Source: Stramenopiles sp. TOSAG23-2
Taxonomy: Eukaryota
Length of the DNA stretch: 40,701 nt
Direction of reading: 5' to 3'
NCBI GenBank assembly: GCA_900128395.1
Contig: LT649306.1
Coordinates: 1-40,701, forward strand
The notes below the pieces were generated by a model that ran no database searches, had not been told where the DNA came from, and saw nothing but the letters and a program-made list of their open reading frames with translations. The position numbers and the translations under genes are program-made. Position 1 is the first letter of the stretch, and each line of letters opens with the position of its first letter. Of this stretch, positions 1-9,566 are shown one piece after another.

Positions 1-56
1 TATTTCTATCTGTCATTCTTTGATATATTGGGGTCTTGGTGTTTGCTTTGTTATTA
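1..56 (-). repeat. Inverted exact copy of STIL coding sequence 602-657 (may extend left of the window)
   Basis: The reverse complement of 1-56 (TAATAACAAAGC...GACAGATAGAAATA) is identical to 602-657. Confidence 0.95.
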
Positions 57-296
57 TTAGTGCTAGTATTCACTCTATTACTGTAATTATTCATTTATTT
101 TCAATATCTTTCAATCAAATAACTAAAAATCAAAATTAAAAAGATAGATGATCAAAGTGAATGTGATGTAGAAACAGATCAACGGCATAAATACACACAC
201 AGAGAGTACAACATTTACAAAATAATAGATAGACATACACATACACTTCTTTTTTTTTGAAACGAGACAAATATATACGTATACATAACTTTGATC

Positions 297-3200
297 ATGG
301 CATCCATATTTGACTTCACTAGAAATAATAATGAAAATAATCAAAAAAATTCACCATCACCTGGTACAATAGCATATAATACCTATAGCGATAATAATCC
401 ATCTGGTTTATATATGTCATCACCTATGAACGCGATGGAAGAATATGGCAATATGGATAACAATGTACTATTTAAAGATAATGATGATGGAAACGACGTT
501 TATAACAAGAATAACAATAACAAAGCAAACACCAAGACCCCAATATATCAAAGAATGACAGATAGAAATAAAAAATTACCAAAATATAATAGCAATACTG
601 GTAATAACAAAGCAAACACCAAGACCCCAATATATCAAAGAATGACAGATAGAAATAAAAAATTACCAAAATATAATAGCAATACTGGTATTGCTGGTGA
701 AAAAATACGTAGATATCAATATCAAACACAAGAAAAAAGTTCTTTTTTCAGCGATACAGAAGATAATGAAGATGGTGACGAGCAGCAACAAATAGTATCC
801 CCACCAGAAAGAATGTACAAGAAAAACAAAACATTATTAACACAATATAACGAATATGAAGGTGGCGTATCGTTTCCATTAACTAAATCCGTACTATGGT
901 CTCGACGTCCTTTATGTACTCCAATCGTTGTCCCATCTGGTTGTTTAGTTCCGGCATTATGGATTTCTCAAAAAGCATTATTAGCATTAGGCTGGCAAAT
1001 GAAATTAAAAGCCGGTCCTTCTGATTATAATAAGAGTAATACCATAAAACGTAACAACATACAATTGAATTGCGATGCGTTCTTAACTGGAAAAATTTCA
1101 TTCCCTAGCCGTGGGCGTATAGATTTATCAACCTGGGTCGGTGAACAAAATTTAAATTCCTCATTAGCTGCTACTGAATCATTTCCTATAATATGCATCG
1201 ATACTATGGATGCGGGATTAGTTGATATATCAACAAAAACTAGAAGCCCGCAAATACCAAATCCAAGCGAGGATGAAATTGTAATCCCAGTAACATACGA
1301 TGGTGGATGGAATGAATTGACGGATGAAAAATTTATACAACGTTTAAATGGAATCAACAATATTGAATCAATATGTAATGGTAGTGGGTTATTTCATTTT
1401 CAATGTCGATCAAGTTGGGAAAATGAGACGGTCTCAGTTGAAACATCAGTACAATTGCCACAAGTAGCATTTTCATTTACTGTTATACCACCCATACCAT
1501 TATTTCGTTCCATACCATTGACAATGGCATTGTTGCAAGGCAAACAATTGCCAACAAATGATCCATCTATTTATATGAGATACAATAATAATAATAATAG
1601 TAATAGTATAGCAGGGGATGAGGATGGGATGGTGTCATTTTCCCATGGATTTTTAACTATGAATAAAACACGCCGTGCAGTGACGCTTATGAGGACTGAC
1701 ACGATGAAATCAGAATATCCAATTATTGGTATTTGGGTACGTTTGCCAGTAGATAGTAAAACATTGCATTCAACAATATTGAATCCATCGGCGTCAGCAT
1801 CTCTTCAATCATTATTAACAGATCCAGCATTATGGTCCGTTTGCTTGAAATATTTGTATGATACTTCATACGATATCGATCGTGTTGCACCAGCCGAAAA
1901 TACATTTTTATTAGCAATTTTCCCAACACATAGATTATCTTCTAGTAGGAAAAATAGTAGCAACTTGGGTGAAACATCTAATGAGGAATTGTTGCCATTA
2001 TTTTTAGAAGTTAAAAAACTTGGTGATACCGTTGGCATATCATTACCAACTGGAACGTACAAGACAACATGTTATTTAGATACGTCGAAGGAAAATCGTG
2101 ATCGATTGTTTGAAAACTCGGATACAATGCTACAATGCCGCTTTCAATCAACGCTACCGTTAGATACAGACGAAATTAGCAGTATTAATTTCAATTTAAA
2201 CAGAAATTTTGCTGAGGACACTTTTGATAACAATGATGGTAGTAGACAAATAGACAAAAATGAAGGGAAACGTATGGAAACCAAATATATAGACGATGAG
2301 GAGGATGAAGACAACGATTATGGAGAAAAAAGTTTTACATCATTTGAAGAAAAGTTAATAGACAGTGGAGATGAGGAGGACGAAGATGATGAGGAAGAAA
2401 TTGCGACGAAAAATGCTTCATGGGGTAAAAAATCATATGATGAAGATAGAGATCATAATTATGGCAATTATAAAGATGATGATGAAAATGATTTTGAACA
2501 ATATACGCCTATACCACAAGCACGTGCACCAGTACCGTATGTAAATAAGGCAAAGATTAAGCGTACAAATATTACTAATACCACCTCCTCTAAGTCAACA
2601 CAAGATTATGATGACAATGGTAAAAATAGTGTAAGAAATCGAATTCAAGTACATGAACCACATCCTACGTTAGATTCATATAACCATCAAATTATCGTGC
2701 AGCAACAATTGCAATTGCAAATGATGCGAAACGAAATAAATAATTTGAAAAAGATTATTGAGCAAAATGGTTTATTATCTGGTAATAATAAATCTGTTAA
2801 TAATAATAATAATAATAATAATACCAATAATGTTGAAACAAGGAGTTATATGTCAGATGATAATAGCGATATATTATCTATGCGTAGTATCAAGTCCTTT
2901 CAAGCAGCAAATGTTAATGTAACAAATAAACAAGTATCATTACAAATGGAGCAGCAACGTAATAATAGAGATAGTCAAAATACCCGATTTTCGTTAGTTC
3001 GAGTTCAACAAGAACAAGCACTTGCGCAACACGACAAAAAGAAGGCGGAGGATACATATGAAAGAAGTGTCATGTCCAATTTAAATTCTCAAATGTCTGA
3101 ATATGATGATGTATATCACAATACTGATGAAGATGTATATGAGCATTTGTCCAAAGATAAAATATCTATACCAAATGTATTTGAAAGCAATAGCAAAGAT

Positions 3201-3674
3201 ACTAATAGTAATAATAGATCCAAGAAAAGCTTATCAGATTGGAGTCAAATAAGTGTACCAAAAATTGAAAGTAGTGGTGGAAGTAATAGGGGCAGTGGTG
3301 GTGGTGGTAATAACAATAATAACATTAGCGGTTCGTATGTACTTGTTGAAGAAGAAGAAGCAAGTACATTTGAAGCGCCATCCATGACGCTTGATGCTAA
3401 TGATTTTTCAATATTAACACAACAATGTTTAAAAAAATACAATTTAGTGGAAAATATTGACGGTGCATTGAAAATACGTAGTAGTAGCAGTAGAATGGCT
3501 TTGGGAAGAGTTACAGGAAGTAGTAGTAGTGTTAATCGTAATGCATTTATTGAAGAAAATCAAGGAATACAGAAGGATGGGGTTGAAGATGAAGAAGCCA
3601 GTAGTGATGAGATTACAGATGAATGGGATGGACGAATTTTATCAGATGTGAAACGATTGCCAAAATTTAAGTGA
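297..3674 (+). CDS. STIL: STIL/SAS-5/Ana2-family centriole assembly protein
   Basis: First ATG is at 297 (the track starts at TTG 291). STIL N-terminal-domain motifs: FPLTKSVLW, IPPIPLFRSIPLTMAL, GFLTMNKTRRAVTLMRTD..YPIIGIWV, PALWSVCLKYLY. Also a short coiled coil (IIVQQQLQLQMMRNEINNL), a STAN-like FSILTQQCLKKYNL and a TIM-like C-terminus ILSDVKRLPKFK. Confidence 0.85.
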   Translation: MASIFDFTRNNNENNQKNSPSPGTIAYNTYSDNNPSGLYMSSPMNAMEEYGNMDNNVLFKDNDDGNDVYNKNNNNKANTKTPIYQRMTDRNKKLPKYNSNTGNNKANTKTPIYQRMTDRNKKLPKYNSNTGIAGEKIRRYQYQTQEKSSFFSDTEDNEDGDEQQQIVSPPERMYKKNKTLLTQYNEYEGGVSFPLTKSVLWSRRPLCTPIVVPSGCLVPALWISQKALLALGWQMKLKAGPSDYNKSNTIKRNNIQLNCDAFLTGKISFPSRGRIDLSTWVGEQNLNSSLAATESFPIICIDTMDAGLVDISTKTRSPQIPNPSEDEIVIPVTYDGGWNELTDEKFIQRLNGINNIESICNGSGLFHFQCRSSWENETVSVETSVQLPQVAFSFTVIPPIPLFRSIPLTMALLQGKQLPTNDPSIYMRYNNNNNSNSIAGDEDGMVSFSHGFLTMNKTRRAVTLMRTDTMKSEYPIIGIWVRLPVDSKTLHSTILNPSASASLQSLLTDPALWSVCLKYLYDTSYDIDRVAPAENTFLLAIFPTHRLSSSRKNSSNLGETSNEELLPLFLEVKKLGDTVGISLPTGTYKTTCYLDTSKENRDRLFENSDTMLQCRFQSTLPLDTDEISSINFNLNRNFAEDTFDNNDGSRQIDKNEGKRMETKYIDDEEDEDNDYGEKSFTSFEEKLIDSGDEEDEDDEEEIATKNASWGKKSYDEDRDHNYGNYKDDDENDFEQYTPIPQARAPVPYVNKAKIKRTNITNTTSSKSTQDYDDNGKNSVRNRIQVHEPHPTLDSYNHQIIVQQQLQLQMMRNEINNLKKIIEQNGLLSGNNKSVNNNNNNNNTNNVETRSYMSDDNSDILSMRSIKSFQAANVNVTNKQVSLQMEQQRNNRDSQNTRFSLVRVQQEQALAQHDKKKAEDTYERSVMSNLNSQMSEYDDVYHNTDEDVYEHLSKDKISIPNVFESNSKDTNSNNRSKKSLSDWSQISVPKIESSGGSNRGSGGGGNNNNNISGSYVLVEEEEASTFEAPSMTLDANDFSILTQQCLKKYNLVENIDGALKIRSSSSRMALGRVTGSSSSVNRNAFIEENQGIQKDGVEDEEASSDEITDEWDGRILSDVKRLPKFK
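516..689 (+). repeat. Exact 87-bp in-frame tandem duplication (516-602 / 603-689)
   Basis: NNKANTKTPIYQRMTDRNKKLPKYNSNTG occurs twice, with identical nucleotides. Confidence 0.95.
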
Positions 3675-3822
3675 GAGTTGGGATGATGGGGGGGATAGAT
3701 TCAAATTTGTTTATGGGGTGTAGTGCGGGTGTTTGTAATTTTTGCCCTGATTATGTACATGGAAAGGTAACAAAAGTTTTGCTTCAAGATTAAACTAGAT
3801 TAATTTGTTTTTTTAAAAAAAA

Positions 3823-4033
3823 TACGATTCGTAATTTTACGATGAGCGTATTTTTAAAAAAAGTATGATATACGTACGAATAATCACATAATATACGTAG
3901 ACGTACGAGTATATAAAATATCATGTACGAAGTCGTATCATACAAGTATTTTTACAATATTATAATAAAACATATTTTATTTTCATTTTTTATTCGTACG
4001 TGTACAAAAAAATAATTTTCGTCCTTTCGTACC
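3823..4033. promoter_or_regulatory. TACGA/TCGTA motif cluster in a convergent 3' intergenic region (candidate 3'-end or termination element)
   Basis: TACGATTCGTA at 3823, TACGTACGAA at 3871, ACGTACGAG at 3901, TACGAAGTCGTA at 3926 and TTCGTACG at 3993, in an otherwise very AT-rich spacer. The function is inferred only. Confidence 0.5.
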
Positions 4034-4049
4034 ACACACACCACACACA

Positions 4050-5132
4050 CTACTTCGCACAACCCCAACTAGGTCGTCCATTTTGTTGACCTTTCGGTAC
4101 AGTAGCTTGACTCAATATATTTACATCATCATCATTCAATTCCCATGTTAAACTTTGCAAATCTTCTTTCATTGATGATATTTTGTCTGATTTAACAACT
4201 ATGGCACCTTGTTTGCGACCTTGTTGTAACACCCATTTCAAGCCTACTTCAGCAGCTGATCGTTCATATGTTTGTCCAATTTTTTTACATAAAGGATCTG
4301 ACACAACTTCACCATGTGCTAATGGACTATAAGCTTGAACTGCAATATTATTATCATTACAATAACTTATTAATCCTTCTGGATCGGATCCCATGCCAAC
4401 ATGTAATTGTATTTGATTTACTGCAGGAGGGACAAGATCATCTTCAATAACATGTTGTTCCTTATTTTTATCATTGGCATTATTTTCTAAACATTCTAAG
4501 CAACTTTGGCAAAAATTAGATACTCCAATACCACGTGCTTTGTTTTCCTTGTAAAATGTTTTATATGCATTATATTGAGCTTGATTTAATTCACATATTT
4601 TCTTTGAACAACCACCTTCATATCCAAACGGTTCTGATGGGCCATGTAAAAGAACAAGGTCAATATATTCAACATCTAATAATGTTAATAATTCATTTAG
4701 TTCTTTTAATGTTGTATCATAGCATTCTTGAGAATTAGTTACATTGCGTTTTGGAGGAGCAGCGGTATGTATACAAGGTGAAGTCATTGAGGTTAAAAAT
4801 ATTTCTTCACGGACTGTTTTTTTCAATGCTTTACCTATTCCAGGTAAATTGTAATAATCATATGCAGAATGTATATGTTTGAAACCCATCTGTATGGCTT
4901 TGGTTACAGCATCTTGTGCAATACTATTATTATATCCTCCAGTCCCAAGTGCAATGATTGGCATGGATAAATTATTATTTAATAAGATAGTATCCTTCCC
5001 TTTCACATCAATTCTGCCTTCACTATCTGATGCTGTTTGTAACAATTGCCGGTTATTGTTATTATTAATATTTTGTGCGTTAACTGCAATAATTAATCCA
5101 AACAAAAATATTAATATAATTGATTTATACAT
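4050..5132 (-). CDS. Aldo-keto reductase family protein with a predicted signal peptide and non-canonical active site
   Basis: AKR motifs MPIIALGT, REEIFLTS, YIDLVLLHGP, ARGIGVSNF, PAVNQIQLH, VQAYSPL, SAAEVGLKW. Hydrophobic N-terminus MYKSIILIFLFGLIIAVNA. Confidence 0.9.
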   Translation of the reverse strand: MYKSIILIFLFGLIIAVNAQNINNNNNRQLLQTASDSEGRIDVKGKDTILLNNNLSMPIIALGTGGYNNSIAQDAVTKAIQMGFKHIHSAYDYYNLPGIGKALKKTVREEIFLTSMTSPCIHTAAPPKRNVTNSQECYDTTLKELNELLTLLDVEYIDLVLLHGPSEPFGYEGGCSKKICELNQAQYNAYKTFYKENKARGIGVSNFCQSCLECLENNANDKNKEQHVIEDDLVPPAVNQIQLHVGMGSDPEGLISYCNDNNIAVQAYSPLAHGEVVSDPLCKKIGQTYERSAAEVGLKWVLQQGRKQGAIVVKSDKISSMKEDLQSLTWELNDDDVNILSQATVPKGQQNGRPSWGCAK

Positions 5133-5644
5133 TGTAACTTTTAATATGAACTAGGATAATCGTGACTTCATAGATATGTTTGTTGATAATAAATAGATTA
5201 TTTATTATATGTCTTCCTTACTTAGACGTGGAATAATTATTCAAATCATGCATATAATGCATATATATCTATTATATAATATAAATTAATCAATTTAAAT
5301 TCAATTAAGTGCATGCCCAGCATGCACAAGAAGCAAAAAGAACTTCTTCTTTTTTTTGTTTGTTGCAAGATAAAAGAAGAGTTACAGTAAAAAAGTAAGA
5401 AGTGCACCAAAATAAAAAAGAATTCTTTTTGAGTGCACGTATTAGTATTATAGTAATAATACCTTAAAATAACCATCAAAGAATTAATTGTTCGTTGATG
5501 AAATAATTATTATATAATTGAAGAAATAATTTGAAATAATAAATATTAAAAATATACAAACATTAACATATATCCTTTCTTATAGTAATCAAATAGAACA
5601 CGGTATATTTATTTTTCTCTAATCCCCACGCCCATCCAATAAAC

Positions 5645-6797
5645 ATGGCATCGTTAGTAACTACGGATAATAATAATAAAAACAATGACAATGAAGATAT
5701 ACAAAAGTTTAAAGTAAAGTTTGGAAAAGAAACATTTTTATTGAATTTAAATAAAAATCAAACTTATGAAAATTTATTAACTGAACAATGACAATGAAGA
5801 TATACAAAAGTTTAAAGTAAAGTTTGGAAAAGAAACATTTTTATTGAATTTAAATAAAAATCAAACTTATGAAAATTTATTAACTGAATTATCTACATTA
5901 TCGGAAGTGAATAAAGATAAAATCAAATTGTTTGGTTTAAAAGCAAAAGGTGGGTTAAAAAATACAACGCTAATTAGTCAAATGAAAGTGCCAAAATTTA
6001 TCAAAATGATGGGGACAAAGGAAACTGTCTTACAAAAACAACTAAATCAAGAACAAGATGCAAAACAAGAGTTAAACGTATTGAATGATATGGATATTTA
6101 TGAATTGGATTTAGATTTTAATAAAGGTAATATTATGGAGAAACTAAGGGAGTCAATCGCAAAAACTGAAATAAGCTCACGTATGATGAATGATCCAAGG
6201 CCAAATTTTCCATTGCTTGTCCTTGACCTTGACCATACGCTATTAGATTTTGATTCAAAGAGTTCTAATTTTCAGAAAATGAAACGACCATTCATGCAAG
6301 AGTTTCTTTCATTGGTTTATAAAGATTATGACATTGTAATCTGGTCCCAAACTAGTTGGAAATGGTTAGAAATTAAATTAATTGAATTAGGATTTTTAGA
6401 ACCATCTAATCCATATAAAATTTTATTTGTATTAGATAAAGAATGTATGTTTAGGCGTAAATCCCGCGTTAGTAAAACGAGTGGAAAGAAAAAGAAAGGA
6501 AAAGCATTTAAACCATTGGAATTGATATGGTCTAAATTCCCACGGTATTCACGTAAGAATACTTTACATATTGATGATGTTGAAGCAAACTTTGGTTTTA
6601 ATCCAAAAAATGGTATTAAATGTAGTTGTTGGCGTTCTGATCAACTAGATGACTGTGAATTGTTAAAAATTGCTCATTATTTAAAAATTGTTGCAAAAAG
6701 TGGTAAAGATATGTCTGAAATAAATGATAATAATATGAATTGGTTAAAAGTAATGAATGAAGAACTTGTTAAACAATCTCAACAAAATAATACGTAA
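5645..6797 (+). CDS. UBLCP1: Ubiquitin-like domain-containing CTD phosphatase 1; 5' end frameshifted by a 103-bp duplication in this assembly
   Basis: ATG 5645 opens MASLVTTD...FKVKFGKETF (Ubl domain start). HAD motif LVLDLDHTLLD, then MKRPFMQEFL, YDIVIWSQTSWKW, KPLELIW, NTLHIDD..NF..NP.NG. Removing one repeat copy gives an intact 349-aa ORF. Confidence 0.88.
5681..5886 (+). repeat. Exact 103-bp tandem duplication (5681-5783 / 5784-5886)
   Basis: AACAATGACAATGAAG...TTATTAACTG is repeated identically. The length is not a multiple of 3. Confidence 0.95.
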
Positions 6798-7018
6798 ATG
6801 ATGGCGGTGGCAGTAGTAGTAATTAGTAATAACGATCAACGAATGGATTTAACATAATTTGAAATTTATTTTAAAATATATACTAGTAAGAGATATAAAT
6901 TCTTTTCTTCTGTAATGGTGTGCCAGTGTCATGTCAATTGAAAAACAAGTTTAGTTCACAACATAATTTTTATCTCTCCTACTCATATTTTTAAAAACTA
7001 CGGTCGTACACATTTCTT

Positions 7019-7456
7019 TTATTTACTCACACCAGCTGTAACATTTGGATTGTCCTTCAAAAATTTCGGTGAATACGTAATTGGTATTTTATCACATTTT
7101 GATGCTAAAATAAAATCATTCAATGCTAATGTATCCAGTGAATGTGTGTACACGACAATTTCAACAGTCCTGTAACTAGTAATATGCAAGTCCGGGTGGT
7201 GGCCTTGTTCCTCTGCAATTGCGCCTACAGCTACTACATAATCTAACGCAGCTTGAAAATTTTTTGCAATGAATGATCTTCTTATTGCATCACTTTCACC
7301 TTTTTTTATAACTTCCCATGATGGACATAGTTGTGCTTTAAATTGTAGTAAATCCGCTTCTTTTAATTTTTCTGGTGCACCACCTTTGCTTGCACATTTT
7401 TCACACGTTCGCTCATAAAGCGGAGTTGCATCTGTGGTGTTAGTTGTTTCTGACAT
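7019..7456 (-). CDS. PCBD: Pterin-4-alpha-carbinolamine dehydratase
   Basis: IRRSFIAKNFQAAL, AEEQGHHPDLHI, YTHSLDTL..NDFILASKCD. Confidence 0.93.
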   Translation of the reverse strand: MSETTNTTDATPLYERTCEKCASKGGAPEKLKEADLLQFKAQLCPSWEVIKKGESDAIRRSFIAKNFQAALDYVVAVGAIAEEQGHHPDLHITSYRTVEIVVYTHSLDTLALNDFILASKCDKIPITYSPKFLKDNPNVTAGVSK

Positions 7457-7741
7457 AATGTAGTATTATAATAATAATTTATTTATCAATTATTTATATA
7501 TATCTTAATATCTATATAAATATTATGATATTGTAGATATTCTTTTGTATTTATTGTATACAATTGTTGAGAGCCTGGATAAAAAAGTAAATACAAAAAA
7601 ATAAATATCAAAAAAACGGTAAAAGGTAAAAAAACTATTTTATTATTTTAAAAAGAAAACATTCTCTACCTTGCATACTGTGATCATCTTTCAATACGCA
7701 TGATTTCTCTCGCTCTACAACATATATATATATACATGTTT

Positions 7742-8829
7742 TCATCTTCTTATTACATACAATACGCATGTTATCGCAGTTAAACCAAGAGCTAAGTACA
7801 TATTTGTTTGCGCATTTTCAGCATCATGATCAATATCTTCTACTTCTTTCATTAATTTGTTAATATCTTTATTTTGACTTTTCACTTTATTTTGGCTGTT
7901 CCCACTTGATATTCCATCATTAGGTAAATTACTCACACTACTTCCATCCAATGTATATTTCAACGGTAAATTTTTTACTTTTGTAAATTTATCTGAATTT
8001 ATATATTGTTCAATTCGTTTCATACTTTTCATGGGGCGTTTTGTTTGTTCTTTTCGTAATGTAGAGGACGGGATCCACCATGGAAGTTTATAATCCAAGT
8101 TTACATATCGTGTTACCAAGCATTTATTTGGACCTTTATTTTCAAAGATGTAGATGGAGAAAGGAAGATCAACACGTACTGGTTTTACTTTATCAAACTT
8201 CAACAATTGGGGTGTAATCTCTGCAGTCTCATCGATACTTTTAGCAACATATGCTATACGGCCACCATCTAATTCAAACAATGCTTCTGCACTTACTAGA
8301 TCACGTTCAGATAATGACAAAACTTGATTACCAAAGGATGGATACATTTGATGATACATTCGGCATGCATTGTTTGGATTTCCATTTGGTCGATCGAAAA
8401 CTTTAAAGCCTTTAACAGCTTTTCCTGGTTGCTTTGCAGTATGCCAAAAAAATCCAACAAGATCATCTACAGATACATCTACATTTAATTGAAATTGAAA
8501 TAACGGCTTTCCATTGATTTCAATTTCTTTTATTACATCGTTCTCTGAAACATCTGAGACGGTACTTGTAATATCTTTCCAACCATCATTTTTTTCTTCA
8601 TCCATTTCTTGCAATTTTTCTACAAGTAAATTTTGCATTTCAATTAGTAAAGGATCGTTGCCATGTTGGGATGATGATGCGGATGCTGCAGACGATGATT
8701 TAGTTTCATTTGCTACAGATATTGTGCTTGTCGATTCAGATTTAACTTCGTTGTTATCATTATTCTTGCTACTATTACTACTACTACTACTACTACCGCC
8801 TTTTTCATTGTTACTGCGACTATTATTAA

Positions 8830-8865
<36 letters not shown>

Positions 8866-9076
8866 TCGTTGGTGATATATTATTATTTCCACTATTTTTT
8901 CTTCTGCCCTTTTTCTTTTTATTCAGTGAATCTCGTTGACATAAAACTACAAGAAGCAATACAACTACAATAACTAAAGACAATACAAGTGGCACATACA
9001 TTGGCAAAGTACCTAAATTCTTTTTCATAAATGCTTGTAAAGTCTTTGACAAACGAACAGTAGTAGTATTAAACAT
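7742..9076 (-). CDS. START/SRPBCC-fold lipid-binding protein with N- and C-terminal transmembrane helices
   Basis: DGWK, SERDLVS, IAYVAKSID, VRV..YIFENKGPNKCLVTRYVNLD...WIPS match the START pattern. Hydrophobic stretches VPLVLSLVIVVVLLLVVLC and MYLALGLTAITCVLYVI. Confidence 0.75.
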
Positions 9077-9566
9077 AATTAGAAAAAAATAAATTTGATA
9101 ACTTGTGCAAAATTTTTCAATATATATATGTAATATCTATTTTATCTATCTATAGATCTATATGTTTTAGTTTTCAATCAAGGCTCCTCTGTGATTATGT
9201 TGAGAATATATAAATGGACTATTATATATATATATACGCAATATTATATGGTAATGTCCTATAATATGATTTCTATTTTCTTTTTTTTTTTCTCATTCAA
9301 TATTTTGTAAGAAGTATTATGTCTAATCGTCGGCCAGTCGTAAAGGTTAAAGTCGGGTTTTGTTATTATGTGCTTATGTGCTTATTATTTATTAAATATA
9401 GGATCTTCTTAGCTGTGTGCTGTGTGTATACTAATACTATTTTAATAAATAAAAGACTATACAAATAATTATACTAATATTTCCATAGCGATTTTTTAAA
9501 ACCATCCTTTTAATCTCTCTCTCGGTTTGTGTGTGTTTGTTGAATATAATGTTAAATATTTTCAAT

